64,000 nt of DNA from an uncultured Eubacteriales bacterium (GTDB lineage Bacteria; Bacillota; Clostridia; Christensenellales; CAG-314). The position numbers and the translations under genes are program-made. The first letter of the stretch is position 1; the number at the start of each line of letters is the position of its first letter. The stretch spans positions 7,931-71,930 of the forward strand of contig CARAIG010000086.1 in NCBI GenBank assembly GCA_948938605.1. Direction: 5' to 3'. The notes beneath the pieces were generated by a model. That model was not told where the DNA came from, searched no databases, and worked only from the letters and a program-made list of their open reading frames with translations. Of this stretch, positions 35,800-45,186 are shown one piece after another.

Positions 35800-36633
35800 A
35801 TGGATGTAAAACAAATTTTAAAAGAACAAAATTTCCGTTTTAACAAACAGTTCGGGCAAAACTTTTTGACGGATAGGGAATTGTTGAACGACATTGTGTC
35901 CGACGCAATGGTGCAGGACGGCACGGTATTGGAAATCGGTGCCGGCGCGGGGACGCTCACCCGCGAATTGTCTTCGCGTGCCGACAAGGTCATTGCTTTT
36001 GAAATAGACCGTAACCTTGAAAGCGTGCTTAAACTGACGTTAGCCGATTGCCCGAACGTTCAAGTGGTAATAGGGGACATTATGCGCTACAAAATGAGCG
36101 AAATCGAAGTGCTGTGCGGCGGTGCGTTTAAACTTGTTGCCAACATTCCTTACTACCTTACAAGTCCGCTTATTATGATGTTTGTGGAAAAAAGCGCAAA
36201 CGTTCAGTCTATGACATTAACAATACAAAAGGAAGTTGCCGAACGTCTTGCCGCCCGTCCCGCAACAAAGGACTACGGCGCTATAACCGTTGCCGTAAAC
36301 GCCGTTGCAGATGTGACTTTAACCCGAATACTCAACCGCGAATTGTTTTACCCCATTCCCAACGTAGACAGCGCAGTAGTGCGTATCGACATCAACCGCA
36401 ATAAATACGATATTCCAAACAAAGCGCTTTTCCGCAAAACCGTTAAAACGGCGTTTGCAATGAGGCGTAAAACGTTAGTAAACAACATTATGGTAGGTTT
36501 TAAAACCGACCGCGCCGCTGCCGAAAGCGTACTTTGTTCAATGAATTTGCCGTTAACTTGTCGCGGCGAAGAATTGTCTGTCGAACAATTTGTCGCACTT
36601 AGTAACGAATGTGAAAAGCGCGGATTTAATTGA
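35800..36633 (+). CDS. rsmA: 16S rRNA (adenine1518/1519-N6)-dimethyltransferase
   Basis: FGQNFLTD, EIGAGAGTLT and NIPYY motifs. Confidence 0.92.
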   Translation: MDVKQILKEQNFRFNKQFGQNFLTDRELLNDIVSDAMVQDGTVLEIGAGAGTLTRELSSRADKVIAFEIDRNLESVLKLTLADCPNVQVVIGDIMRYKMSEIEVLCGGAFKLVANIPYYLTSPLIMMFVEKSANVQSMTLTIQKEVAERLAARPATKDYGAITVAVNAVADVTLTRILNRELFYPIPNVDSAVVRIDINRNKYDIPNKALFRKTVKTAFAMRRKTLVNNIMVGFKTDRAAAESVLCSMNLPLTCRGEELSVEQFVALSNECEKRGFN

Positions 36634-36693
36634 AAAACTATACCTACAATGCAATAATTTAAACAATCGTTGCATTGCATATTTAATACAATT

Positions 36694-37977
36694 ATGATTA
36701 AACTTGACCTAACAGCAAAATACGTATTAGCCGTATCGGGCGGCGTTGATTCGATGACGATGTTGCATATGTTTTCGTCCCTTTCGCCGCGCCCTGATTT
36801 TTGTGTCGTGACAGTTAATCATAACATAAGAGACAATGCACAATCGGATTGCGATTTTGTCGAAAACTACTGCAAAAAGTTGAATGTAAAATGCCGTACG
36901 GTTTTTGTCGACGTCCCTGCTTATGCAAAGGAAAACAAAATATCCGAGGAAACTGCTGCCCGTATATTGCGTTATCAAGCATTGGACGGCGAGCCTTGCG
37001 ATTTTATTTGTCTTGCACACCATATGGGTGACAACGCCGAAACGGTACTAATGCACATTTTGCGCGGGAGCGGTTCTAACGGCGCTTGCGGAATACGTAC
37101 GCAAAAAGGTAAATATGTCCGTCCTTTACTGGATATGACGCGCGAACAAATACTCGAATACGCCGCTAAAAATAACGTTCCGTATGTGCACGACAGCACA
37201 AACGACGAAACAAAGTACACGCGCAATTTTATACGTCTTAACGTATTGCCGTCTCTTAAAAAACTCAACCCGAATGCCGAAAGGAGCATTGCCCGTTTTG
37301 TCGAAAACGTTGCGGAAGATTGCGATTACTTGGACAGTCTTGCCGATGTGTCAAGCGTGGAATTTGCCCCTATGCTTGCGCGCATACCCATTGCATTGTT
37401 AAGGCAACCCAAACCCGTATCCCAACGTATTATATACAAAGTGTTTAACCGTCTAGGCGTATACAAGGATATTGAAAAAACTCATATAACGGCTTTAATC
37501 GACCTTGCAAGGGGCAACGGCGGACGTCAAGTCAATTTGCCGTTCGGCTTTGTCGCAGTTTGTGACTACGATTTTGTCACAATCGAACAGTCCTACAATA
37601 TCCTTGTTGACGAGTTCGAAATACCATTTGCGACGGGCAAAACGGTAACGCCGATAGGCATTGTCGAAGTTGGCAAAACGGAAAGCAAAAACGCTTTGCG
37701 GTTCGATTTAAACAAACTGCCAGACGGTTGCGTGTTTAGGTTGAAACGTCAAGGGGATACCTTTACCAAATTCGGCGGCGGAACAAAGCAACTGAAAAAA
37801 TATTTAATAGACAAAAAAATTCCGCAAAGACTGCGCGAAAGGTTACTGCTTATAGCAAACGGCAGCGAAGTTTACGCAATATGCGGAGTGGAAATATCCG
37901 ATAAAATTAAGACTGACGACAAGTCGGATATTTATTACCTAACTGTAACCGACGGAGGAACGGATGAAAAATTGTAA
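36694..37977 (+). CDS. tilS: tRNA(Ile)-lysidine synthase
   Basis: SGGVDSM PP-loop. I prefer the ATG at 36694 (MIKLDL...). Followed by hpt, as is usual in Bacillota. Confidence 0.88.
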   Translation: MIKLDLTAKYVLAVSGGVDSMTMLHMFSSLSPRPDFCVVTVNHNIRDNAQSDCDFVENYCKKLNVKCRTVFVDVPAYAKENKISEETAARILRYQALDGEPCDFICLAHHMGDNAETVLMHILRGSGSNGACGIRTQKGKYVRPLLDMTREQILEYAAKNNVPYVHDSTNDETKYTRNFIRLNVLPSLKKLNPNAERSIARFVENVAEDCDYLDSLADVSSVEFAPMLARIPIALLRQPKPVSQRIIYKVFNRLGVYKDIEKTHITALIDLARGNGGRQVNLPFGFVAVCDYDFVTIEQSYNILVDEFEIPFATGKTVTPIGIVEVGKTESKNALRFDLNKLPDGCVFRLKRQGDTFTKFGGGTKQLKKYLIDKKIPQRLRERLLLIANGSEVYAICGVEISDKIKTDDKSDIYYLTVTDGGTDEKL

Positions 37978-38506
37978 CGAAATTAAATCGATAATGTTTT
38001 CCGAACAGCAGATACAAGAGCGTATCGAACAAATGGCAAAGCAAATTGCCGTCGATTACGCAGGTCGCCGTCCGCTTGTTATAGGGGTATTAAAGGGCGC
38101 GTGGATATTTGTTGCCGATTTGCTCCGTTCACTGGAACTGCCTGCGGACGTGGACTTTATTTGCGCGTCCAGTTACGGCGGGGGTACAACTACGACGGGC
38201 GAACTGACGTTGTTAAAGGATATAACAATGGATTGCCGCCGTCGCGACGTATTGTTGGTGGAAGATATCATCGACAGCGGAATAACGCTGTCCCGTTTAA
38301 AAGATATGATGATTGAACGCAAAGCAAAAAGCGTTAACATTGTTACGCTTTTAAGCAAGCCGTCCCGTCGAAAGGTTGACGTTGACGTCAAGTACGTCGG
38401 TTTTGAAATCCCCGACGAATTTGTCGTCGGTTACGGAATGGATTACGACGAACGTTTTAGAACATTGAATTATATAGGCGTGTTAAAGGAAGAAGTGTAC
38501 AAATAG
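37964..38506 (+). CDS. hpt: hypoxanthine phosphoribosyltransferase
   Basis: VLLVEDIIDSGITL PRPP loop; 180 aa. Confidence 0.9.
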   Translation: MKNCNEIKSIMFSEQQIQERIEQMAKQIAVDYAGRRPLVIGVLKGAWIFVADLLRSLELPADVDFICASSYGGGTTTTGELTLLKDITMDCRRRDVLLVEDIIDSGITLSRLKDMMIERKAKSVNIVTLLSKPSRRKVDVDVKYVGFEIPDEFVVGYGMDYDERFRTLNYIGVLKEEVYK

Positions 38507-38575
38507 TTATTAGCGGTAACTGTAAATTAACGTGCATAATCAGTGTAGTTAATTTGTAGCAATGCTTGCAATATA

Positions 38576-38609
38576 AAAACGGCTTGAACATATTTCAAGC
38601 CGTTTTTTT
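38576..38609 (+). terminator. rho-independent terminator after hpt
   Basis: aaaacggcttgaa...ttcaagccgtttt followed by T's. Confidence 0.85.
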
Positions 38610-38718
38610 GTTTGTGTGATAAAAGATATTGTCGACATTTTTTAATAATTCGACAATAAATGCATTTTGCCGCATATCTTAGTATAGTTAACATTGTTCG
38701 CCATATAATACGCATTAA

Positions 38719-39648
38719 TTGCAAGTTTTAATTGTGTGGCAACCGACATTGGGGGATATTGTGTTTTTATACAAAGACTTATTGAGCGAAGTTCAACAGT
38801 TTTGCGATCATGGCGTGGAAACGGGGATAGTGGGGGAAAGCGAACTCAACCAAACTATTCCGTACATATTTGTGGGACAAAAAAACGGCAATTATATGAT
38901 AGTGCAGTCGGCTATTCACGCACGGGAACATTTGACTGCGCTTGTTGCCGTTTGTCTTGCCAAACGACTTTTGTCCAACAAGGATTTGACTTTAAACGGC
39001 GGCATATATTTTGTACCTATGGTTAATCCCGACGGAGTGCGTCTTTGTCAAGAAGGAACGGAATGGATCGACAACCCCGAACAAAAAGAGTACTTACTGT
39101 CGCTTAACGGCGGCAGCCGCGACTTTTCGCTTTGGAAGGCAAATGCTAAGGGAGTTGACTTAAACGTCAATTTCGATGCCGATTGGGGAAAAGGTGATCA
39201 AAACGTCTTTCAACCTGCGCCGCAAAACTACGTGGGCGAATACGTCGAATCGGCTCGCGAAACGCAAGCGTTGGTGGAGTTTACCAACTTAGTAAAACCG
39301 ATAGTAACTTTGTCCTACCACCTTAAAGGGGAACAAATATATTGGCAGTTCGACCAAGACGATGACCGCCTTGCGCGCGACAGGCAATACGCCCAAGCAA
39401 TTTCCGCGTATACAAGTTACGAACTTGTGTCGGGACAGGGAAGCGTAGGCGGTTACAAGGATTGGTGCATAAGAGAGTTTAAAATACCGTCGTTTACAAT
39501 CGAAGTAGGCTCGGATCAGTATCCGCATCCCTTTCCGTACAGTCAACTGTCGGCAATCATAAAGCAAAACGAAGACCTGCCCCGAAGGCTGCTCAACACC
39601 GTTGTCCGCGATAAGGAAAAAATGGAAATGACTACGTTTAATCGGTAA
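38719..39648 (+). CDS. M14-family zinc carboxypeptidase (gamma-D-glutamyl-meso-DAP peptidase-like)
   Basis: SAIHAREHLT (HxxE zinc site). The start is uncertain: the GTG at 38761 has a better upstream GGGGGA. Confidence 0.75.
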   Translation: MQVLIVWQPTLGDIVFLYKDLLSEVQQFCDHGVETGIVGESELNQTIPYIFVGQKNGNYMIVQSAIHAREHLTALVAVCLAKRLLSNKDLTLNGGIYFVPMVNPDGVRLCQEGTEWIDNPEQKEYLLSLNGGSRDFSLWKANAKGVDLNVNFDADWGKGDQNVFQPAPQNYVGEYVESARETQALVEFTNLVKPIVTLSYHLKGEQIYWQFDQDDDRLARDRQYAQAISAYTSYELVSGQGSVGGYKDWCIREFKIPSFTIEVGSDQYPHPFPYSQLSAIIKQNEDLPRRLLNTVVRDKEKMEMTTFNR

Positions 39649-39761
39649 CGTCAATTTATTAAATTTATTGGCGGTCTAAGTATAATTGCTTGCAAAACGT
39701 TAATCTTAGTATTTAATACTGTTATGTAACATAAATATCCGTTTTTGATATGATGCAACGT

Positions 39762-39770
39762 GGGGGGGGG
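39762..39770. repeat. homopolymeric G9 tract in AT-rich intergenic DNA
   Basis: tggggggggg at 39761-39770. Confidence 0.9.
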
Positions 39771-39858
39771 TACCGTAAACGGCAAAATTAGGGTAAACAA
39801 CATTCATTTATTTGCATTTTATAAACATTATCAATCGAAGTAATGTAAATGATATAGG

Positions 39859-40326
39859 TTGGATATGCAATATTTGCCGTCTTTAACCTCTGCCGAAACA
39901 GAGATTACAATCGAACAACTTGATAAAGTTGCCAGGACGCTTAACGAAAAAATTAAAAGTTTCGTTAAGCTTTTCGGCGTTATTTTAAGTTGGATTGTTT
40001 TCAATATTATCGTTTCGTTGTTTTTTAACCGTACGCGCAGCATATCGCTTGACGTGTACCGTATGATTTCCGAAGGCTTGCGCAATTTATCTACGCAAGA
40101 CATATTTTTTGTAATAACTTTATTATTTGACGACAAAATCAGTTGCATCATTTCAATGGCAATAGTTTTTGTTTTAGAAATATCGTTTATTATTAAAATT
40201 TTGTACAACGGTCAAATCGGTATTATAAAAGCAGATATCGACACACACAATAAATCCGTTCAACATAAGCCCCAAAGCGGAGCTTATGTCGTTTCGTATA
40301 AATTACAAGTAGCCTTTTTGGCTTAA
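39859..40326 (+). CDS. hypothetical small membrane protein (uncertain)
   Basis: 155-aa ORF with 2-3 hydrophobic helices in a very AT-rich stretch. It overlaps an antisense ORF (39831-40208). The RBS is weak. Confidence 0.3.
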   Translation: MDMQYLPSLTSAETEITIEQLDKVARTLNEKIKSFVKLFGVILSWIVFNIIVSLFFNRTRSISLDVYRMISEGLRNLSTQDIFFVITLLFDDKISCIISMAIVFVLEISFIIKILYNGQIGIIKADIDTHNKSVQHKPQSGAYVVSYKLQVAFLA

Positions 40327-40395
40327 AACCGAATATAGGGTTGTTCTTTTACGCAGTAGGAATTGCGGCTTTTAGCGACCGAATTTTTGTGTTGT

Positions 40396-40439
40396 TTTTG
40401 ACGAAAAATGTCAAAATATTTTGACGTATTTAGTCAAAA
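40396..40439. promoter_or_regulatory. two tandem 21-bp palindromes TTTTGAC-N7-GTCAAAA
   Basis: 40396-40416 and 40419-40439, both with perfect 7-bp arms, centres 23 bp apart. They lie 125-168 nt upstream of the ABC operon start. Confidence 0.6.
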
Positions 40440-40477
40440 ACTTTTAAAATTCCGTTTAAAGGACAATCGGTAAATGT

Positions 40478-40538
40478 AAATCCGTTTAATTGTGCAAACT
40501 ATACGTAATTAACGTATATGTTTCGAACGGATTTTTTT
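40478..40538 (+). terminator. terminator-like hairpin with T7 run inside the leader of the ABC operon
   Basis: aaatccgtt (40478-40486) pairs with aacggattt (40526-40534) and is followed by T's to 40538. The loop contains the palindrome TACGT-AATTA-ACGTA. Confidence 0.45.
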
Positions 40539-40563
40539 AATGCAAAAAAACTGACGGTGGAAT

Positions 40564-43050
40564 ATGACAACATACTTTATTACGGCAACGGCAGTATTTG
40601 TAGTAATGGCAGGCGTAGGCGTGGTCTTGTACAAATTTGCCAACAAGCATTTAAACTTAATATTTAGGATTATTTCGGTGCTGCTCGGCGCGTTGTATAT
40701 TTACCGTTATTGCAGCGGCAGCGAAAATATTAATGGCATATACAACCTTACCGTTTCGCGCGGGTTCGAAACAAAAGCGCAGTTAGCGTTCGGCTTGTTT
40801 CAAATATGGTTTGGTTTTGCAGGCGAACTGTTTTTGTGTATGTATCCGTTTTTCCGTAAATCTGTAAAATACTTAGATTTGTTTGCAGGTTGTTTTGCGG
40901 TGGTGTTCATCGTTAACTTTGCAGGAATGGGCAATCACGTCCTTGCCGTCGAAGGCGCGCAAGCATTGACGGAAGTTACCGCACGCGGTGTAATGATTGC
41001 AGTGGAAACGGGGCTTTGCTTGGCATATACGGGGTTGGCGCTTGCAATGTGGATTTACGAATACGTCAAGTCCAAACGCCAACGTCAAGGCGAAGCAAAT
41101 TTTGTCGACGTTGCCGCAACAAACGCCTTGGAACAAGCAACGGAAGCGGACGTAAGCGAAATTACCGTTCCGCAAAAGTTGAGCGAAGACGAAATTGCGC
41201 AACAGCAATCCGAAGCAAAACTCGCCGCCCGCCGCGAAAAACTTGCTTGGGTGTGGCCGACGCTTGCGGTAATAGGCATCATAATTTGCACAATGCCGTA
41301 CTATGCTCCGCAGCTGTTGTTCAGCCCCGAAAAATACGGAATGAAGGTCATTGACCTAAATATGTACCACCGTTTGTACATCTATCCAATTGCTATCATT
41401 CCCGTAGTGCTTTATTTGCTTTTAAGGGACAAGTCGTACGAAACAAAGCGGTTTGTATTGCTGTACTACGCATTGGCAATTTTAAACGGAATAATGTTAA
41501 GCCACAAGTTCATTCACTTTGCAGGAAACGGTTGGGTAACTTCATTGCCGCTGCACTTGTGCAATACTGCGTTGTATGTTACTCCGTTGTGCTTGACGTT
41601 CAAGGCAAAGCGCGTATTCTACTTTACCTACTTTATAAACGTACTCGGCGCATTCCTTGCAATTACAATGCCTAACTACGGATTGGAAGGCTTTGGCGGT
41701 TCGTTTATAGTATCGGGAACGATCGGGTTCTTTTTCGATCACTATCAAGCGTTTTTTATGCCGTTGTTGGTTGTCGGACTGGGTATATTTAAACGCCCCC
41801 GTTGGAAAGAGTTTTGTTATTCGCTAGTAGGTTTCGGCGCGTATTACGTGTTAATGCTAGTACTTAACGGCTGGTTTACAAATTACAATCCTAACGTAGA
41901 CTACTTCTTTATCAACAGCGACTTTGTCGCCGATAAATTAGGCACTTGGGCGGAAAACTTGCGTAACATCAAATGGGAGTTCGACATTAAAGACTTACAC
42001 TTTGTGTACTACCCGGTATACCAATCGCTGTATTTTTTGGTTTATGTTGCAATGTCGTTCGGAATGTGGTTCTTGTACGAATTGGGTTACAGCGCAATTC
42101 AAGGTTGGCAGGATATTGCAGCGCGCAACCGCAAAATCAAGGTTGACCAATTGGCGTTGGAAATCAAACTTAACGGCAGAAATATAGAGGAGCCTATCAA
42201 TATGGAAAACGAAAATAAGCTTATTCTTAAAAACTTTACAAAGCGTTACGGAAAAAGCGACGTATACGCCGTTAAAGACGCTAATTTGGAAGTTTGCGGC
42301 GGACAAATATTCGGCTTTTTAGGACCGAACGGCGCAGGTAAGTCGACCATTATTAAAAGTATAGTGGGCATACAAACAATAACAGACGGCGCAATCGAAG
42401 TTTGCGGATACGACGTAAAGACGCAAAGCGTGCAGGCAAAACGTCAAATAGGTTTTGTTCCCGACCATTATGCATTGTACGAAAAGTTAACCGCGCGCGA
42501 GTATATCAATTATATTGCCGACTTATATGACGTAAGCAAGGAAGACCGCGAAGAACGTTTAAACCGATTTATAGAATTGTTCGAATTCCAAGCGGCGATA
42601 GACAATCCGATTAAAACTTATTCGCACGGAATGAAGCAAAAGGTTACAATTATGTCGGCGCTTATACACAACCCCAAGGTTTGGATATTGGACGAGCCGT
42701 TGACGGGACTTGACCCCAACAGTATATTCCAAGTTAAGGAATGTATGAAACAGCACGCCGAACAGGGCAACATTGTATTTTTCAGCAGCCACATTATCGA
42801 CGTAGTTGAACGCATTTGCGACCGTATAGCAATAATCCGTAAGGGGCAAATTCAATGCGTGCGCGACGTTGCGGACATTGAAAAGACCGAGGAAAGTTTG
42901 GAAGCGTTTTATATGCAGGTTATAAACGGGCACGAAGTTAACCCCATAGCGGTAGACGGAGCAAAGAGCGAAGATGCCGCGCAGGATAAACCCGTTAAGA
43001 AAAAGTGGTTCGGCAAAAAGAAAGCGCAAGACAAGGAGAACAAAAAATAA
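40564..43050 (+). CDS. fusion protein: 5-TM module + YwaF/TMEM164-like polytopic module + ABC ATP-binding domain
   Basis: 828 aa with SLPLHLCNTALYVTPLCL in the second membrane block. Walker A GPNGAGKST, signature-like YSHGMKQKV, Walker B VWILDEPLTGLD. Confidence 0.8.
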   Translation: MTTYFITATAVFVVMAGVGVVLYKFANKHLNLIFRIISVLLGALYIYRYCSGSENINGIYNLTVSRGFETKAQLAFGLFQIWFGFAGELFLCMYPFFRKSVKYLDLFAGCFAVVFIVNFAGMGNHVLAVEGAQALTEVTARGVMIAVETGLCLAYTGLALAMWIYEYVKSKRQRQGEANFVDVAATNALEQATEADVSEITVPQKLSEDEIAQQQSEAKLAARREKLAWVWPTLAVIGIIICTMPYYAPQLLFSPEKYGMKVIDLNMYHRLYIYPIAIIPVVLYLLLRDKSYETKRFVLLYYALAILNGIMLSHKFIHFAGNGWVTSLPLHLCNTALYVTPLCLTFKAKRVFYFTYFINVLGAFLAITMPNYGLEGFGGSFIVSGTIGFFFDHYQAFFMPLLVVGLGIFKRPRWKEFCYSLVGFGAYYVLMLVLNGWFTNYNPNVDYFFINSDFVADKLGTWAENLRNIKWEFDIKDLHFVYYPVYQSLYFLVYVAMSFGMWFLYELGYSAIQGWQDIAARNRKIKVDQLALEIKLNGRNIEEPINMENENKLILKNFTKRYGKSDVYAVKDANLEVCGGQIFGFLGPNGAGKSTIIKSIVGIQTITDGAIEVCGYDVKTQSVQAKRQIGFVPDHYALYEKLTAREYINYIADLYDVSKEDREERLNRFIELFEFQAAIDNPIKTYSHGMKQKVTIMSALIHNPKVWILDEPLTGLDPNSIFQVKECMKQHAEQGNIVFFSSHIIDVVERICDRIAIIRKGQIQCVRDVADIEKTEESLEAFYMQVINGHEVNPIAVDGAKSEDAAQDKPVKKKWFGKKKAQDKENKK

Positions 43051-44693
43051 TGAATGCTCTCAAAACACTTGTCTTAATGCAGCTTAAAGACAAGTTGGAT
43101 TTGTCGTTTGTAAAAAGCAAGCGCAGTTTGTTATTCAAGTCGGTTTTGTCTGTTGTCAAACTGGTTGCGGTAACGGCGATATTCTATTTGCTGTTTGTTG
43201 TTTGCAATTTGTTGGGTGTATTTTATCCGACGGGTTGCATTCCCGATACGGTTGCAAACGTTTTGTTTACCGTAATGCAAATAATGTCCATTATTACTTG
43301 TATAGTGGGTATAACGCAAGCTTTGTATATGACTGCGGATAACCGCGTGTTGTTAACCTTGCCTGCAAGTTCGGCGACGGTGTTCTTTTCCAAGCTGATA
43401 CTTTACTATATTTTTGAGTTGAAGCGCAACTTAACGTTCACTTTGCCTATGTTTATTGCTTACGGAATGATTAACGGGGCAGTGTGGTATTACTACTTGT
43501 GGTTGATTTTCTGCTTTGTGTTTATTTCGATGATACCCGTTGTAATAAGCGCATTGGTCAGTATCCCTGCCTTGTTTGTAGCAACGTTTGTTAAGCAGTT
43601 TAAATGGCTTCAATTAACCCTTATGTTGATTGCTTCGGGACTTGTAATTTGGGCGCTTGTAGCAGTAATAGGGGTTATCCCGGAAAATATCAATATAATG
43701 GGCACGTGGGGAAGCTTGTTTGTGTCTATACAGCAATTCCTTAACAAATTTGCGCAAGTAATGTACCCGTTTTATTGTTTGACTTTGATGGTTGTCGGCG
43801 GTACGCTGCGTATAAGTTCCAAATTGTTTATGGGCGATACGTTTGCGTATTTCGGTGTAATGCTGGCGTGTTTGGCGGTGTTAATAGCATTGTCGTATTT
43901 GCTGGCTAAACCGTTGTTTATTAAAATGGCGTCACGTCAATTTGAGTTTGAAAAACTGACTGTTGCGCCTAAAAAGAACAGACAGTTCAACAAAAAGTTT
44001 TCACCTATTGTCGAAACGCTCCAAATGAATATCCGCAGCGGCAGATACGTACTGTCTGCAATTATTCAGTTGGCATTGCCTGCAATAGCGATACTTTTGC
44101 TTAACAAGTTGTATGCTTCGATGAATACAAACTATTCGGGCGAAGTTATGACCAAAGCGTTTAACTTGCTTGTAATGTTGGTAATTACGTTGTCTTTTAA
44201 CAACGAGTATGCAACCGTTTACAGTAAGGAAGCTAACGCTCGCAACATTGTAAAGACGCGTCCGCAAAACCCTATTTACACATTAATGGGAAGGATAGTT
44301 CCCCGAATGGTAGTAATATTGCTTTCGACATTGGCAGTTACCGTTACAGTATTGTGTGTGTCCGGTTCGGACAAAGGCGAACTCGTTATGATGGGAATAG
44401 TCACCTTATTTGTTTCCGAAGCGCATTTGCTGTGGTGTGCCGAAATGGACGTTATGCATTCCTACGCCGACCAATACGCAACGGTAGGGGTACAGTTCGA
44501 CAGTCCTAACGAACGCAATGCAACTATTATCGGATTTTTGCTTTCGGCGTTTTTCGCATTTGCGTATTACTTTTTGTCAGACAGGGGAACTCAAAGCTCG
44601 CTAGTAAAGGGAATTTTAATAGCAACGGCGTTGCTTGCTGCAAGGATATACCTTTACATTATACGTATCAAGCATTATTTTGTGGAGAACTAG
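43050..44693 (+). CDS. polytopic membrane protein, putative ABC-exporter permease partner
   Basis: 547 aa with at least 12 hydrophobic helices and no NBD. The ATG overlaps the upstream TAA (TAATG). Confidence 0.7.
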   Translation: MNALKTLVLMQLKDKLDLSFVKSKRSLLFKSVLSVVKLVAVTAIFYLLFVVCNLLGVFYPTGCIPDTVANVLFTVMQIMSIITCIVGITQALYMTADNRVLLTLPASSATVFFSKLILYYIFELKRNLTFTLPMFIAYGMINGAVWYYYLWLIFCFVFISMIPVVISALVSIPALFVATFVKQFKWLQLTLMLIASGLVIWALVAVIGVIPENINIMGTWGSLFVSIQQFLNKFAQVMYPFYCLTLMVVGGTLRISSKLFMGDTFAYFGVMLACLAVLIALSYLLAKPLFIKMASRQFEFEKLTVAPKKNRQFNKKFSPIVETLQMNIRSGRYVLSAIIQLALPAIAILLLNKLYASMNTNYSGEVMTKAFNLLVMLVITLSFNNEYATVYSKEANARNIVKTRPQNPIYTLMGRIVPRMVVILLSTLAVTVTVLCVSGSDKGELVMMGIVTLFVSEAHLLWCAEMDVMHSYADQYATVGVQFDSPNERNATIIGFLLSAFFAFAYYFLSDRGTQSSLVKGILIATALLAARIYLYIIRIKHYFVEN

Positions 44694-44696
44694 CCT

Positions 44697-45125
44697 ATGA
44701 AAAAATCTACCATACTTGTTTTATTGATAGTTTTTTTAGGGTCGGTTTTGGTTGTTGGAATATTCGGACTTGCAAGCGTGCCTTACGAAAAAATCGTATA
44801 TGTTAAGGAAATACGTCCTACGTCGGTTACAACTATAAGCGCAAATGCACAGTCGTTGGAAATCAAGCAAAACGAGCAAGGCTATTATGTTATGCTTCCC
44901 TATGAAGAAGGGTTGCAATTGCTCATTAATTACGAGCTGACGCCTGCCGACTGTACAAATAAAAACGTTGAAATTTCTATTGTTTATCCCAAGGAAAACC
45001 AACCTGCGGAAATATCGGACCGAAATACGATAGTGTTTAAACGCAAAGGCTCCATTCACTTGCAATACAGGGCAAAGGATTCCGCAACCGCGCCCGTAAT
45101 GGACTTTTGGATATACACTTACTAA
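44697..45125 (+). CDS. signal-anchored small Ig-like/beta-rich protein
   Basis: 142 aa with an N-terminal TM helix. A 3-nt gap separates it from the previous gene. Confidence 0.6.
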   Translation: MKKSTILVLLIVFLGSVLVVGIFGLASVPYEKIVYVKEIRPTSVTTISANAQSLEIKQNEQGYYVMLPYEEGLQLLINYELTPADCTNKNVEISIVYPKENQPAEISDRNTIVFKRKGSIHLQYRAKDSATAPVMDFWIYTY

Positions 45126-45186
45126 AAAACCGTCTTTGGACGTTTATATATAGCAAATAATAATTTTATATAAGGAGTAAAGCATT

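Noticed and set aside
39750-39891. G9-tract slippage fusing the upstream mini-ORF to ORF 39859-40326 as a phase-variable gene.
   Set aside because: A one-base contraction does move into the frame of ORF 39859, but an in-frame TAA at 39841-39843 intervenes. A one-base expansion stops within two codons after the tract.
39831-40208. The minus-strand 125-aa ORF as a real gene.
   Set aside because: It overlaps almost entirely with the plus-strand ORF in an AT-rich region where long ORFs arise by chance. It has no RBS and no motif. I list only the plus-strand ORF, which has TM-helix character, and at low confidence.
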